DNA from: Lachnospiraceae bacterium UBA3814
Lineage (GTDB): Bacteria > Bacillota > Clostridia > Lachnospirales > Lachnospiraceae
NCBI GenBank assembly: GCA_002368575.1
Contig: DFEA01000040.1
Coordinates: forward strand, 1,300 to 65,299
Reading direction: 5' to 3'
DNA length: 64,000 nucleotides
Shown here: in pieces, positions 18,198 through 27,141 of the stretch
Layout of the letters: each line of letters starts with the position of its first letter
Numbering within the stretch: position 1 is the first letter of the stretch
Notes under the pieces: model-generated
Seen by the model: only the letters and a program-made list of their open reading frames with translations
Databases searched by the model: none
Told to the model about the DNA's origin: nothing
Program-made: the position numbers and the translations under genes

Positions 18198-18914
18198 ATG
18201 TCAAATATTGCACTTATAATCGCAGGCGGAACAGGGAACCGAATGCATCAGGATATCCCTAAGCAATTCCTTACAGTAAATGAAAAGCCGGTTATAATAT
18301 ATACACTGGAAGCCTTTCAGACTCATGCTGATGTGGATGAAATAGCAGTTGTATGCTTAGAAGGCTGGGAGCAGGTGCTTTCCGCTTACGCCAGACAGTT
18401 TAACATTACCAAGCTGAAGCATATTGTAAAAGGAGGCGAGAACGGTCAGTCTTCTATCAGAAACGGCATATTTGAACTGAAGAAGTATCATGCCGAGTCA
18501 GATATAGTACTGATTCATGACGCGATACGACCTCTGGTATCTGCCGAGATCATTTCTGACTGCATAGTGAAGACCAAGCAATATGGTTCCGCCATAGCAA
18601 CAATCCCTTGTGCAGAAGCTATGCTGATGACTGAGAACGGAGTTACCTCATCCGGTACATATAAACGGGAATTATTAAAGAGAACACAGACTCCACAGGG
18701 ATTTTTCTTAAACAAAATATATGAGATTCACAAAAAGGCTTTGGAAAGAGGAATAAATGACTCTGTGGCTTCATGTACTTTAATGATCGAGATGGGAGAA
18801 CAGGTGCATTTTTCTGCAGGATCAGAGAAGAATATTAAACTGACTACCATAGATGATATTGATATTTTCAAAGCATTGTTGTTGGCAAGCCGTTCTGCAT
18901 GGTTAAAAGAATAG
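18198..18914 (+). CDS. tarI: IspD/TarI-family cytidylyltransferase (CDP-alditol, probably CDP-ribitol, synthase component)
   Basis: N-terminus IALIIAGGTGNRMHQDIPKQFL and overall IspD/TarI pattern. Start set to ATG at 18198 (AAAAGAGG upstream). Followed by an SDR reductase-type gene. Confidence 0.7.
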   Translation: MSNIALIIAGGTGNRMHQDIPKQFLTVNEKPVIIYTLEAFQTHADVDEIAVVCLEGWEQVLSAYARQFNITKLKHIVKGGENGQSSIRNGIFELKKYHAESDIVLIHDAIRPLVSAEIISDCIVKTKQYGSAIATIPCAEAMLMTENGVTSSGTYKRELLKRTQTPQGFFLNKIYEIHKKALERGINDSVASCTLMIEMGEQVHFSAGSEKNIKLTTIDDIDIFKALLLASRSAWLKE

Positions 18915-18930
18915 TGGGCTGGAAATATAT

Positions 18931-19980
18931 ATGATCAGATACTGTGAAAACTATTGGAAGGATGTAGAGCGTGTTCTTTCTCATATCAGAAATATTGAGG
19001 CATTATTTGGAAGATCAGTATTCGTGACAGGGGCAACGGGAATGATCTGCTCTTCGGTTATTGAGTTGTTATGGTACCTGAACCATAGCCGGAAAGCAGA
19101 AATAAGAATTGAAGCCGCGGGACGCAATATTGAAAAAACGATGCGTAGATTTTACCCTCTCAGCGAAGGTCTGGATTATCATTTTGTGAAGTATGATTCA
19201 TCAAAAAGTGATACACTTTCGGTATCACCGGATTTTGTGATACATGGGGCAGGATATGGTGACCCCGAGATGATCTCACGGCAGCCGGTTGAAGTAATGC
19301 TTTCTAATATAACCGGATTGGAGACTATTTTGAGATGCGCTTGCAGCAATGATACAAAAAGAGTATTATACATCTCTTCAAGTGAGGTTTATGGTAATAA
19401 AGAAGAGAATGGGTTATTTTCAGAAAATATGTATGGCTATCTGGATATTCTGAAAGAGAGAGCATCATATCCAAGTTCAAAGCGGGCTGGAGAAAGCCTC
19501 TGTGTGGCATATCAAAGCGAGTATAACTTGAATACTGTAATTGTACGGCCAGGGCATATTTACGGTCCTTCTATTACGGATAGTGATAGCAGGGCCTCTG
19601 CTCAGTTTACCAGAGCGTGTGCGCGTGGGGAAAATATAACTATGAAAAGCGCCGGTCTGCAGAAACGTTCGTATTGCTATACTCTCGACTGCGCATCAGC
19701 AATTATTACTGCAATGATAAATGGAGAAAGGGGCAATGCCTATAATATCTCAAATTCGGATTCCATATGTACGATCCGTGATATGGCATATGCCCTGGCC
19801 GATGAGTCAGGCGTTAATGTGATTTTTGAAAATGCAAGTGATATGGAAAAAAAGAGTTATAATCTTATGAACAATTCCGCATTATCGTCTGAAAAACTGG
19901 AAATGCTCGGATGGAAAGCGGAATTCAGCTTGAAGGAAGGCGTTAAGAAGACTTTGTCTTATTACATAAACAGTTATTAA
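18931..19980 (+). CDS. Extended short-chain dehydrogenase/reductase (NAD(P)-dependent epimerase/dehydratase fold)
   Basis: Rossmann VFVTGATGMICSS and catalytic YPSSK. Its position after the TarI-like gene recalls the split form of the H. influenzae Bcs1 (cytidylyltransferase + SDR reductase) CDP-ribitol synthase. That link is an inference. Confidence 0.6.
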   Translation: MIRYCENYWKDVERVLSHIRNIEALFGRSVFVTGATGMICSSVIELLWYLNHSRKAEIRIEAAGRNIEKTMRRFYPLSEGLDYHFVKYDSSKSDTLSVSPDFVIHGAGYGDPEMISRQPVEVMLSNITGLETILRCACSNDTKRVLYISSSEVYGNKEENGLFSENMYGYLDILKERASYPSSKRAGESLCVAYQSEYNLNTVIVRPGHIYGPSITDSDSRASAQFTRACARGENITMKSAGLQKRSYCYTLDCASAIITAMINGERGNAYNISNSDSICTIRDMAYALADESGVNVIFENASDMEKKSYNLMNNSALSSEKLEMLGWKAEFSLKEGVKKTLSYYINSY

Positions 19981-20008
19981 TCCTGTTAATGGGAAGGATT
20001 TGTGAAGC

Positions 20009-20446
20009 ATGAAACGAGTTATTACATACGGAACATTCGATCTTCTGCACTATGGACACATAAATCTTTTACGAAGGGCTAAGGCTATGGGCGATTATCT
20101 GATCGTTGCCCTGTCAACAGATAGATTTAATAGTGTGGAGAAAAACAAAAAATGCTACTTTTCATACCAGCAAAGGAAGGCTATGCTTGAATCTATCCGG
20201 TATGTGGATCTGGTGATCCCGGAGGACGGCTGGGAGCAAAAAAAAGAGGATGTACATCTATATCATATCGACATCTTTGTCATGGGTGATGATTGGGAGG
20301 GAAAGTTTGATTTTTTGAAGGATGAAGGTGTTGAGGTTGTGTATTTGTCAAGAACTCCTGAAATAAGCAGCACACAGATCAAAAATGATTTTAAAAGCAG
20401 AGATGATGCAGATATTTCCAGGATATTTACAGATGATATGAAATAA
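20009..20446 (+). CDS. tagD: Glycerol-3-phosphate cytidylyltransferase
   Basis: MKRVITYGTFDLLHYGHINLLRRAK..FVMGDDWEGKFDFLK..RTPEISSTQIK is nearly colinear with B. subtilis TagD as I recall it. Confidence 0.85.
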   Translation: MKRVITYGTFDLLHYGHINLLRRAKAMGDYLIVALSTDRFNSVEKNKKCYFSYQQRKAMLESIRYVDLVIPEDGWEQKKEDVHLYHIDIFVMGDDWEGKFDFLKDEGVEVVYLSRTPEISSTQIKNDFKSRDDADISRIFTDDMK

Positions 20447-20520
20447 AGCGCAGGAATGTATTTGTGTACGTCATAAAAACCATTGAACCGTATATCTTCT
20501 GAAAATGAGAGGGCAATAAT

Positions 20521-21312
20521 GTGACTCAGGCAGAATACTTAAATATCATTCAGGATGCAAACTATGATCTGTTGTGCAGGATAGACAGGATATGCAAGGA
20601 TAATGATCTTCATTATACTCTTCAATCCGGCACTCTTTTAGGCGCGGTTCGCCATAAAGATTTTATACCCTGGGATGATGATGTGGATATAGTCGTAACA
20701 AGAGAGGAGTATGAAAGGTTTATTAGCATATTCACTAAGGAATCTTCACCGAGATTTCATTTGGAACTTCCAGAGGATCGTCCCTTCTATTTTGATTTTG
20801 TTCCGCGGATTGAAAACAGAGAAAAGCCTTTGATCATTAACGGCGAAACGGTGTATCCCTGTGTGGATATTTTTATTGCCGATCATATTGGCAAAAATGA
20901 GAGATGGCATCTTTTTAAGCTAAAACTCATCATTGCCCTGGCAATTGGACATCGTACATATAAAGATTACTCCAAATTTACAACTCTCGCTGAGAAAATA
21001 GGAGGAAGGATCCTTCCTGCCATAGGACGCCTGATCCCATTGTCAGTACTGATAAAGCAGTATAAGAAGGTTCAGAGTAAGTTTCCCACAGGAGATGCCG
21101 TATTTCTGTCGAATGATAAAACGATCCCCGGTGTATGGGGGCTGTTATACCCGGAAGGCTTCTTTAAGAGACCCGGTTCCGTTGTGAACATCAGAAATAA
21201 AGAGTTTCCCGCACCCTGCGATCCGGATCTTCTTTTGAAAAAAATGTATGGAAATTATATGGAGCTTCCACCGGAAAACAAGAGAATTCCAGAGCATATC
21301 GGTCATGCATGA
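20521..21312 (+). CDS. licD: LicD-family phosphotransferase (paralog 2)
   Basis: QSGTLLGAVRHKDFIPWDDDVDIVVTREEYERF and MYGNYMELPPENKR. GTG start with GAGAGGG upstream. Confidence 0.75.
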   Translation: MTQAEYLNIIQDANYDLLCRIDRICKDNDLHYTLQSGTLLGAVRHKDFIPWDDDVDIVVTREEYERFISIFTKESSPRFHLELPEDRPFYFDFVPRIENREKPLIINGETVYPCVDIFIADHIGKNERWHLFKLKLIIALAIGHRTYKDYSKFTTLAEKIGGRILPAIGRLIPLSVLIKQYKKVQSKFPTGDAVFLSNDKTIPGVWGLLYPEGFFKRPGSVVNIRNKEFPAPCDPDLLLKKMYGNYMELPPENKRIPEHIGHA

Positions 21313-21378
21313 ACACCAGGCGTATGAAAAGGAACAGAGCGACAGACGGTTTTATGACTGTGGATATTCAAAAGCATA

Positions 21379-22389
21379 CTATAACTCAAAAGTCGACTTA
21401 TCAGGCAAAATATTATTCAATGCACTATTCAATATTTCTTTGGTATTTTCAAAATCCTCATCTTTACATTTATCGTTAAAACACATTAATTTATAACGCT
21501 GTTTTCTAATATCTTCTATCATTTGAGGAATACATTCTTTCTCAGTCTTATACTTTTTCCCTATTTTAGGTGACCGAGGTACAAATTTACCAGTTGCAAA
21601 CTGCCAATATGTAAAAACCCAATGACTCAGATCGTTTGGCTGACGAAGCTTATGAGAACAGCCTTCCGACAATAACAACTCTTCTTTGGCCCACACATCC
21701 TTATACGTAGACTTAAGGTACGCATACGGAAGGTGAGGGTCCCTGAATCCGGTAAATATTTTGTGAGGGAATAAATAAAGATTGAACAACAGTCCCGTTC
21801 CATAACAGGGAGAAAACCATTTCTTAAGATTTTTACATATCACTTTGTGTTTACTAAAATGCTGGTTTATCAGAACTGTATCAAATAAGGGAGCCATCCA
21901 CCTGGGTTCGTCCGGATTTGTGATCATACTGGGCCAGACCTTCATAATAGCTGAATCACACGGCAATCCTTCTTTAAAGAAATCCTCCTGCTTAACCACA
22001 TTCGTCAAAAACATATCATCGTTAAAATAGACAAAATGCTCCGACAGATGTTCAATGCGATGAAAATTCATATCTATGCATCGACTTGAGAAAGTAGGAA
22101 GCCACTCATGTGGTATATAGTCTTCATGACTTATCAATTCAAGCTTTGGATGATTCAGATTCAACCATTTTGGATAATGTCCACAGGTTACGAAGAATAC
22201 TTTATGTACCCACGGAGCATATTTTTCTATACCGCGGAATAGATACTGAAGGTTATCCCAATCTCTAAATCGCCTGTTTCTGGAGTCTCCTTTTTCCTGG
22301 CTGTATTTTTTTTTCTCAGCCGCCCACTCCGGATCGTTGCCGTCTACCCATGTAATGATAAAATCTATATCTAAAGAATCAGATCTCAC
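21379..22389 (-). CDS. Stealth-family (CR1-CR4) sugar-1-phosphate transferase
   Basis: CR1 IDFIITWVDGNDPEW; CR2 LQYLFRGIEKYAPWVHKVFFVT; CR3 FVYFNDDMFL. Confidence 0.8.
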   Translation of the reverse strand: MRSDSLDIDFIITWVDGNDPEWAAEKKKYSQEKGDSRNRRFRDWDNLQYLFRGIEKYAPWVHKVFFVTCGHYPKWLNLNHPKLELISHEDYIPHEWLPTFSSRCIDMNFHRIEHLSEHFVYFNDDMFLTNVVKQEDFFKEGLPCDSAIMKVWPSMITNPDEPRWMAPLFDTVLINQHFSKHKVICKNLKKWFSPCYGTGLLFNLYLFPHKIFTGFRDPHLPYAYLKSTYKDVWAKEELLLSEGCSHKLRQPNDLSHWVFTYWQFATGKFVPRSPKIGKKYKTEKECIPQMIEDIRKQRYKLMCFNDKCKDEDFENTKEILNSALNNILPDKSTFEL

Positions 22390-22403
22390 AGCTAACCCCC
22401 AAT

Positions 22404-22823
22404 CTATTCCTTATCTTTTAATTCTGTCAGGGTCTCAGTAATAATAGTCGAAGAAACCCCTCGTGTATATGGAAAATACACTAGCTGGATCCCATTATCC
22501 TTCATTTCTTTTTCGTAATCCTGCCATTTTGGAGTTCCATACCAGTCGTCTCCGACAAATAATACAGAAGCGCCGATCTTTTTACACACAGAAAGCTTAT
22601 CCATATCATATTGTGGGATAGCCGCATCGACAAATCTTATACTTCTGACGATCTCTATCCTGTCCTCAAAAGGAATCATCGCTTTTTTCCCTTTATATGT
22701 GACCAGATCATCTACTGTAACACCTACGATCAATCGATCACACATCCCCTTTGCATTCTTAAGCAGATTAAGATGTCCAATATGAAAAAGATCAAAAACA
22801 CCCGCAGTATAGCCAATTATCAA
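22404..22823 (-). CDS. TagD-like cytidylyltransferase-family protein (HxGH class), substrate unknown
   Basis: MIIGYTAGVFDLFHIGHLNLLKNAK, ..VGDDW.. and ..RGVSSTII match the cytidylyltransferase family pattern. It is a more distant TagD relative than 20009-20446. Confidence 0.7.
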   Translation of the reverse strand: MIIGYTAGVFDLFHIGHLNLLKNAKGMCDRLIVGVTVDDLVTYKGKKAMIPFEDRIEIVRSIRFVDAAIPQYDMDKLSVCKKIGASVLFVGDDWYGTPKWQDYEKEMKDNGIQLVYFPYTRGVSSTIITETLTELKDKE

Positions 22824-23674
22824 AACAATTCTCCCCGATTTTCTTTTTTCTGATAAAATGAATATGGTTTGGAAAGATCTACAAAAACATAGTTATCATG
22901 TCCTATTCTTTGATCCACAGGCGGAAGCTCCATGTAGTTTCCGAAAAAAATTGTCAGAAAGTCATCCCATCCTTTAGGACAATGTATTGTCGTATTTTCA
23001 AATGTAAGATCAACATGATCATCAAAATCATTCTTAGAAAAAATGCGAGTACCGTTCCATAGCTTGTACGACCAAACGTATCCGACATACTTTGCAGAGT
23101 GTACTGGGTACTTACGAAGGAGCCCCATCCATAGATTTGAAAAGAAATTATACCGTATGCAAAAAGAAAGCGTTTTTAAAACATGCCAACAAATTCTACC
23201 CTTCACCGTAGGAATTTCCGTAATAGGACGCCTCCGAACATAATCAAGCCTGCATAATAAATTAAAATAGAGTTTGTATAGACGTTCGCGTCCTTCATTT
23301 AAGGGGATTCCTGCAAGCGGCATCACATCCAGATAAAGGCCAAAGTATTCCTGCGGGTAATCCTGCATTGATTCCAAAATACAAGTGGTTCTGTTATCCG
23401 CAATCCTCAGGATGACCCCAAACCGATGAGGAAGATCTGCAGAAGAAATAACCTCAAGATGTTCCGGCAACTCTGTTCTGGCTAAAGATACAAATCTATC
23501 AAAATGCTCTATCGGAATAGCAATATCCATATCATCGTCCCATGGAATAAAACCTTTATGCCTCACCGCTCCAAGGCAGGTTCCTCCGATGGCAAAATAA
23601 GGTATCTTATTCCTATCACATAATGCAGATACCTCCATAAATATATTTAAAATAACTTCTTGAAGCTGTGTCAT
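22820..23674 (-). CDS. licD: LicD-family phosphotransferase (paralog 3)
   Basis: IGGTCLGAVRHKGFIPWDDDMDIAIPIEHFDRF and FFGNYMELPPVDQR. Overlaps the downstream gene by 4 nt. Confidence 0.75.
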   Translation of the reverse strand: MTQLQEVILNIFMEVSALCDRNKIPYFAIGGTCLGAVRHKGFIPWDDDMDIAIPIEHFDRFVSLARTELPEHLEVISSADLPHRFGVILRIADNRTTCILESMQDYPQEYFGLYLDVMPLAGIPLNEGRERLYKLYFNLLCRLDYVRRRPITEIPTVKGRICWHVLKTLSFCIRYNFFSNLWMGLLRKYPVHSAKYVGYVWSYKLWNGTRIFSKNDFDDHVDLTFENTTIHCPKGWDDFLTIFFGNYMELPPVDQRIGHDNYVFVDLSKPYSFYQKKENRGELF

Positions 23675-23994
23675 AAAAATTAAATTTCCGTTTGTAGTAA
23701 AAATGATGGTTGAAGATACTGCTTCAGAGATCTTTAAATGAATATATAGTGTTCAATATATATTATCATATAAAGACTTTACAGCATCTATTATGCTTTA
23801 CTCATGATATTCAAAAATGAAGCTCTTGTCAAACAAAATATGATTATCTCTATAGTTTGACAGTAAAGTATTACAGAAAGCTGGATAACCTGTTGAACCG
23901 CAAATCTTGAATTGGAAGAGGCGACGTTCACCTTCTCTCTGCCTTTTTCCGCGGTAAAATATTCTTTTATATCGCATTTTTCCGCGGAAATATG

Positions 23995-24023
23995 TTGCCA
24001 ATCAATCCATATTATCATATACT
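23995..24023 (+). promoter_or_regulatory. Sigma-A-type promoter (TTGCCA-17 nt-TATACT) for the DUF4143 ATPase gene
   Basis: TTGCCA at 23995-24000, 17-nt spacer, TATACT at 24018-24023. AAGGAGG SD at 24034-24040. Confidence 0.5.
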
Positions 24024-24046
24024 TTTCATTATCAAGGAGGTTATAT

Positions 24047-25357
24047 ATGGAACGATCATTAATAAAAGCACTTGAAAAATGGAAAACTTCTCCCACAAGG
24101 AAGCCCCTTATCCTGTGGGGGGCACGACAGGTCGGAAAAACCTGGCTCATGCGGGAATTCGGAAAAAGATATTATCCTAAAACCGCTTATGCCTCTTTCT
24201 TTAGAAATACCAGACTTGCAAGGCTTTTTAAGGAGGATTTTTCTCTGAGCAGAGTACTGGAAAACCTGAATATAGAATGCAGGACAATGATAACCCCTGA
24301 CGATACCCTTATTATACTTGACGAGATACAGGACTGCCCCGAAGCTTTGGAGTATTTAAAGTTTTTTTGTGAAGAAGCACCTCAGTATCATATTATATGC
24401 GCAGGCTCCATGCTTGGCGTAACCATCCATGAGGGCATCTCCTTTCCCGTTGGCAAGGTTAATGAGCTGACGCTTTATCCCCTGGATTTTAAAGAGTATC
24501 TTCAGGCTATGGGGGAAAACGACCTTTTAGATACGCTGATCTCCGGAAGCTGGGAACTGGTTAACGACAACCATGAAAGCTATGTAAACCATCTGCGCAA
24601 TTATTACTATGTAGGCGGAATGCCGGAAGCAGTTGCTTACTTTGCGGATCACAGAGATTATCAGGGTGTACGGGATATCCAGAACAGCATTATCCGCCAG
24701 TATGAAGAGGATTTCAGCAAGCACATCCCTCCCAATGAATGGACAAAGGTCCTGCTTGTTTGGCATTCCATTCCTGTACAGCTTGCAAAGGAAAACCGCA
24801 AATTCTTCTTCGGGCAGGTAAAGCCCGGAGCCAGAATGAAAGACCTTGAGAACGCTATAATGTGGCTTTGCAAATATGGTGTAGCCTGCAAAGTATTCAA
24901 GACAACGAAACCCGCTGTCCCGCTTGCTGCCTATGCAGATCCCTCTTCCTTTAAGCTGTTTCTTTCTGATACAGGTCTTGCAGGTGCCTTAAGTGAGCTT
25001 GATGCAGAAGTCCTGCTTAACGGCAATGCAGTTTTTTCCGAATTCAAAGGAGCCCTTACTGAAGAATATGTTTTTACCCAGCTGTTGGCAGACAGAGCCA
25101 CAGCTCCTTTTTACTATGCGGGAGACAAAGGCAGATATGAAACAGATTTCTTGCTCAGGCTTGGACAGGATATCATACCAGTTGAGGTAAAGGCCGAAAC
25201 CAATCTCAAATCAAAAAGCCTTAAATTTTATGTTGATAAATTTGATCCGCCATATGCCCTGCGTATCAGCATGGCTCCTTATATCGTACAGAACAGGATT
25301 AGAAACATTCCTTTGTACGCTGTTTGCAGGATCAACTCCTGTCTGACGGAGGAGTGA
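24047..25357 (+). CDS. AAA-family ATPase with DUF4143-type C-terminal domain, function unknown
   Basis: P-loop GARQVGKTW, Walker B-like IILDEIQ, and layout typical of AAA_14 + DUF4143 proteins from memory. Start set to ATG at 24047 behind AAGGAGG. The upstream ORF extension has no support. Confidence 0.7.
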   Translation: MERSLIKALEKWKTSPTRKPLILWGARQVGKTWLMREFGKRYYPKTAYASFFRNTRLARLFKEDFSLSRVLENLNIECRTMITPDDTLIILDEIQDCPEALEYLKFFCEEAPQYHIICAGSMLGVTIHEGISFPVGKVNELTLYPLDFKEYLQAMGENDLLDTLISGSWELVNDNHESYVNHLRNYYYVGGMPEAVAYFADHRDYQGVRDIQNSIIRQYEEDFSKHIPPNEWTKVLLVWHSIPVQLAKENRKFFFGQVKPGARMKDLENAIMWLCKYGVACKVFKTTKPAVPLAAYADPSSFKLFLSDTGLAGALSELDAEVLLNGNAVFSEFKGALTEEYVFTQLLADRATAPFYYAGDKGRYETDFLLRLGQDIIPVEVKAETNLKSKSLKFYVDKFDPPYALRISMAPYIVQNRIRNIPLYAVCRINSCLTEE

Positions 25358-25367
25358 CATAATAAGC

Positions 25368-27134
25368 TTACCCGTCGATCTCGATCTCTGTTTCGATCGC
25401 CCTTCCGTTTTCTATCCTGAAGATCCTGTTGCAGCTCTTAAGGGTGGAAAGCCTGTGAGCTATGATTATCAGGGTCATTTTTTTTGCCAGCATATTTATA
25501 GAGCTTACTACCGCTGCCTCCGTCTCAGTATCAAGCGCGGAGGTAGCCTCATCCAGGATAAGTATCTCCGGTTTACTGTACAGGGCGCGGGCTATGGCTA
25601 TCCTCTGCCGCTGTCCGCCCGAAAGCTTGATGCCCCTGTCTCCCACGTTTGTATCAAGCCCATCCGGCAGCGATCTGACAAAAGCATCCAACGACACCTC
25701 TCCGAGTATCTTCCATAATTCACTGTCCTCCTTGGGATCATCGCTGAAGGAGATGTTAAAGCGTATCGAGGCGTTAAACAGCAATAGCATCTGGGGAACG
25801 TAGGAAACCGTTTTCCTCCAGTATCCTGGGATCTCCCGTATGTCTGTCCCGTCCATATAGATACCCCCGGACTGCGGGGTGTAAAGCGCCAGTAAAAGAT
25901 CGCCCAGGGTGGATTTTCCGGACCCGGACTCACCTATTATGCCGATCATGTCCCCCTTATTGACGGTGAGGGAGAGTCCCTTAAGCACCCTGTCCTTCCC
26001 CTTCTCGTACTTCCAGTCGATATTTTTTACCTCTATCGCCCTTTTGAACTCCGCGCTTCCTTCAGAGGCAGAGGTCATCAGTCTCACTTCCTCCTGATAC
26101 TCTCTGGCGTTTTTGATGTTTAAATAGGTTTCCTCGACCATCGGTCTGGTACGTATGAAGATCTGGATATATTTTGAAACACGGGAAACCAGAGGCAGCA
26201 TCCTGAAGGCACCCATGGCGAATACGGACATACTGGAAATAAACTCCGCGGTGCCCGTTCCCATTTTAATGCGGATTATGATGAAGATGAAAATACCGGA
26301 TATGCAGAATGCCTCAATGATCCTTTCCGGAAGGGTATTGATAAAATCGCTCTTCGCCTGCGCCTCGGAGAAGGTCCTGCATTCCTCCTCATACTGGCTT
26401 ATGAACAGCTCCCTTTTATCAAAAACTATTACATCCTTTATGTTATTGATGATCTGAACCACAAACCGGTTTCTTTTCTTGTTCGCCGTGCGCATGGCTA
26501 TCGTAAGCCTGGCTATGCTCTTCTTCACCATAAGTGTCAGGAGGATCGCGCACAGCCCGGCAAGCAGCATGACGCCGAAGGCCAGAAATCTGTCTATGCC
26601 TGTCAGGTAAATAAATATAAGTATGACCGTCGTTATTTCGGAAACAAACACAAAGAAGGTCAGTATAAAGGTATGTACCCCCGTTACGTCAAGATTGACG
26701 CCGTTAAGCAGTACACCTATATCAGATTCAACAAAAAAGGAATAGGGCCTTTCCAGATAGGAGCTGAGCATTTCCACGGTAAGCGTCCTTTGAAGGGCGC
26801 TGCTGTACCTGCTCCTTACGTAAGCCACAAAGGAAAGAAATACGTTTTTAAATATATATACCAGAGCTATGGTGACACCGAGAAATACCAGAAGAGTTTC
26901 CTGGTCCCTGATATGGAGGATCGAGTCGATATATCTGACGTACCACTTTGACATAAGCTTTTCAGGCTCCAGAAAGGCCTGGATAAAGGGAAGTATCACC
27001 GAAACGCCCAAAAGTTCCAGAAATGATCCGATAAGTATGAGCAGCAGTACCACAGCGGCCTGTTTTCTCTGCTTTCTGCTCATTATATATTTAAAACACC
27101 TGTACAATCTTACGATCGTTTTAAAATCCTTCAA
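25368..27134 (-). CDS. MsbA/PglK-like ABC exporter (fused permease + ATPase), copy 1
   Basis: Six N-terminal TM helices. Walker A GESGSGKST, signature LSGGQRQRIAIARAL, Walker B ILILDEATSALD. Confidence 0.8.
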   Translation of the reverse strand: MKDFKTIVRLYRCFKYIMSRKQRKQAAVVLLLILIGSFLELLGVSVILPFIQAFLEPEKLMSKWYVRYIDSILHIRDQETLLVFLGVTIALVYIFKNVFLSFVAYVRSRYSSALQRTLTVEMLSSYLERPYSFFVESDIGVLLNGVNLDVTGVHTFILTFFVFVSEITTVILIFIYLTGIDRFLAFGVMLLAGLCAILLTLMVKKSIARLTIAMRTANKKRNRFVVQIINNIKDVIVFDKRELFISQYEEECRTFSEAQAKSDFINTLPERIIEAFCISGIFIFIIIRIKMGTGTAEFISSMSVFAMGAFRMLPLVSRVSKYIQIFIRTRPMVEETYLNIKNAREYQEEVRLMTSASEGSAEFKRAIEVKNIDWKYEKGKDRVLKGLSLTVNKGDMIGIIGESGSGKSTLGDLLLALYTPQSGGIYMDGTDIREIPGYWRKTVSYVPQMLLLFNASIRFNISFSDDPKEDSELWKILGEVSLDAFVRSLPDGLDTNVGDRGIKLSGGQRQRIAIARALYSKPEILILDEATSALDTETEAAVVSSINMLAKKMTLIIIAHRLSTLKSCNRIFRIENGRAIETEIEIDG

Positions 27135-27141
27135 TCCGTTC

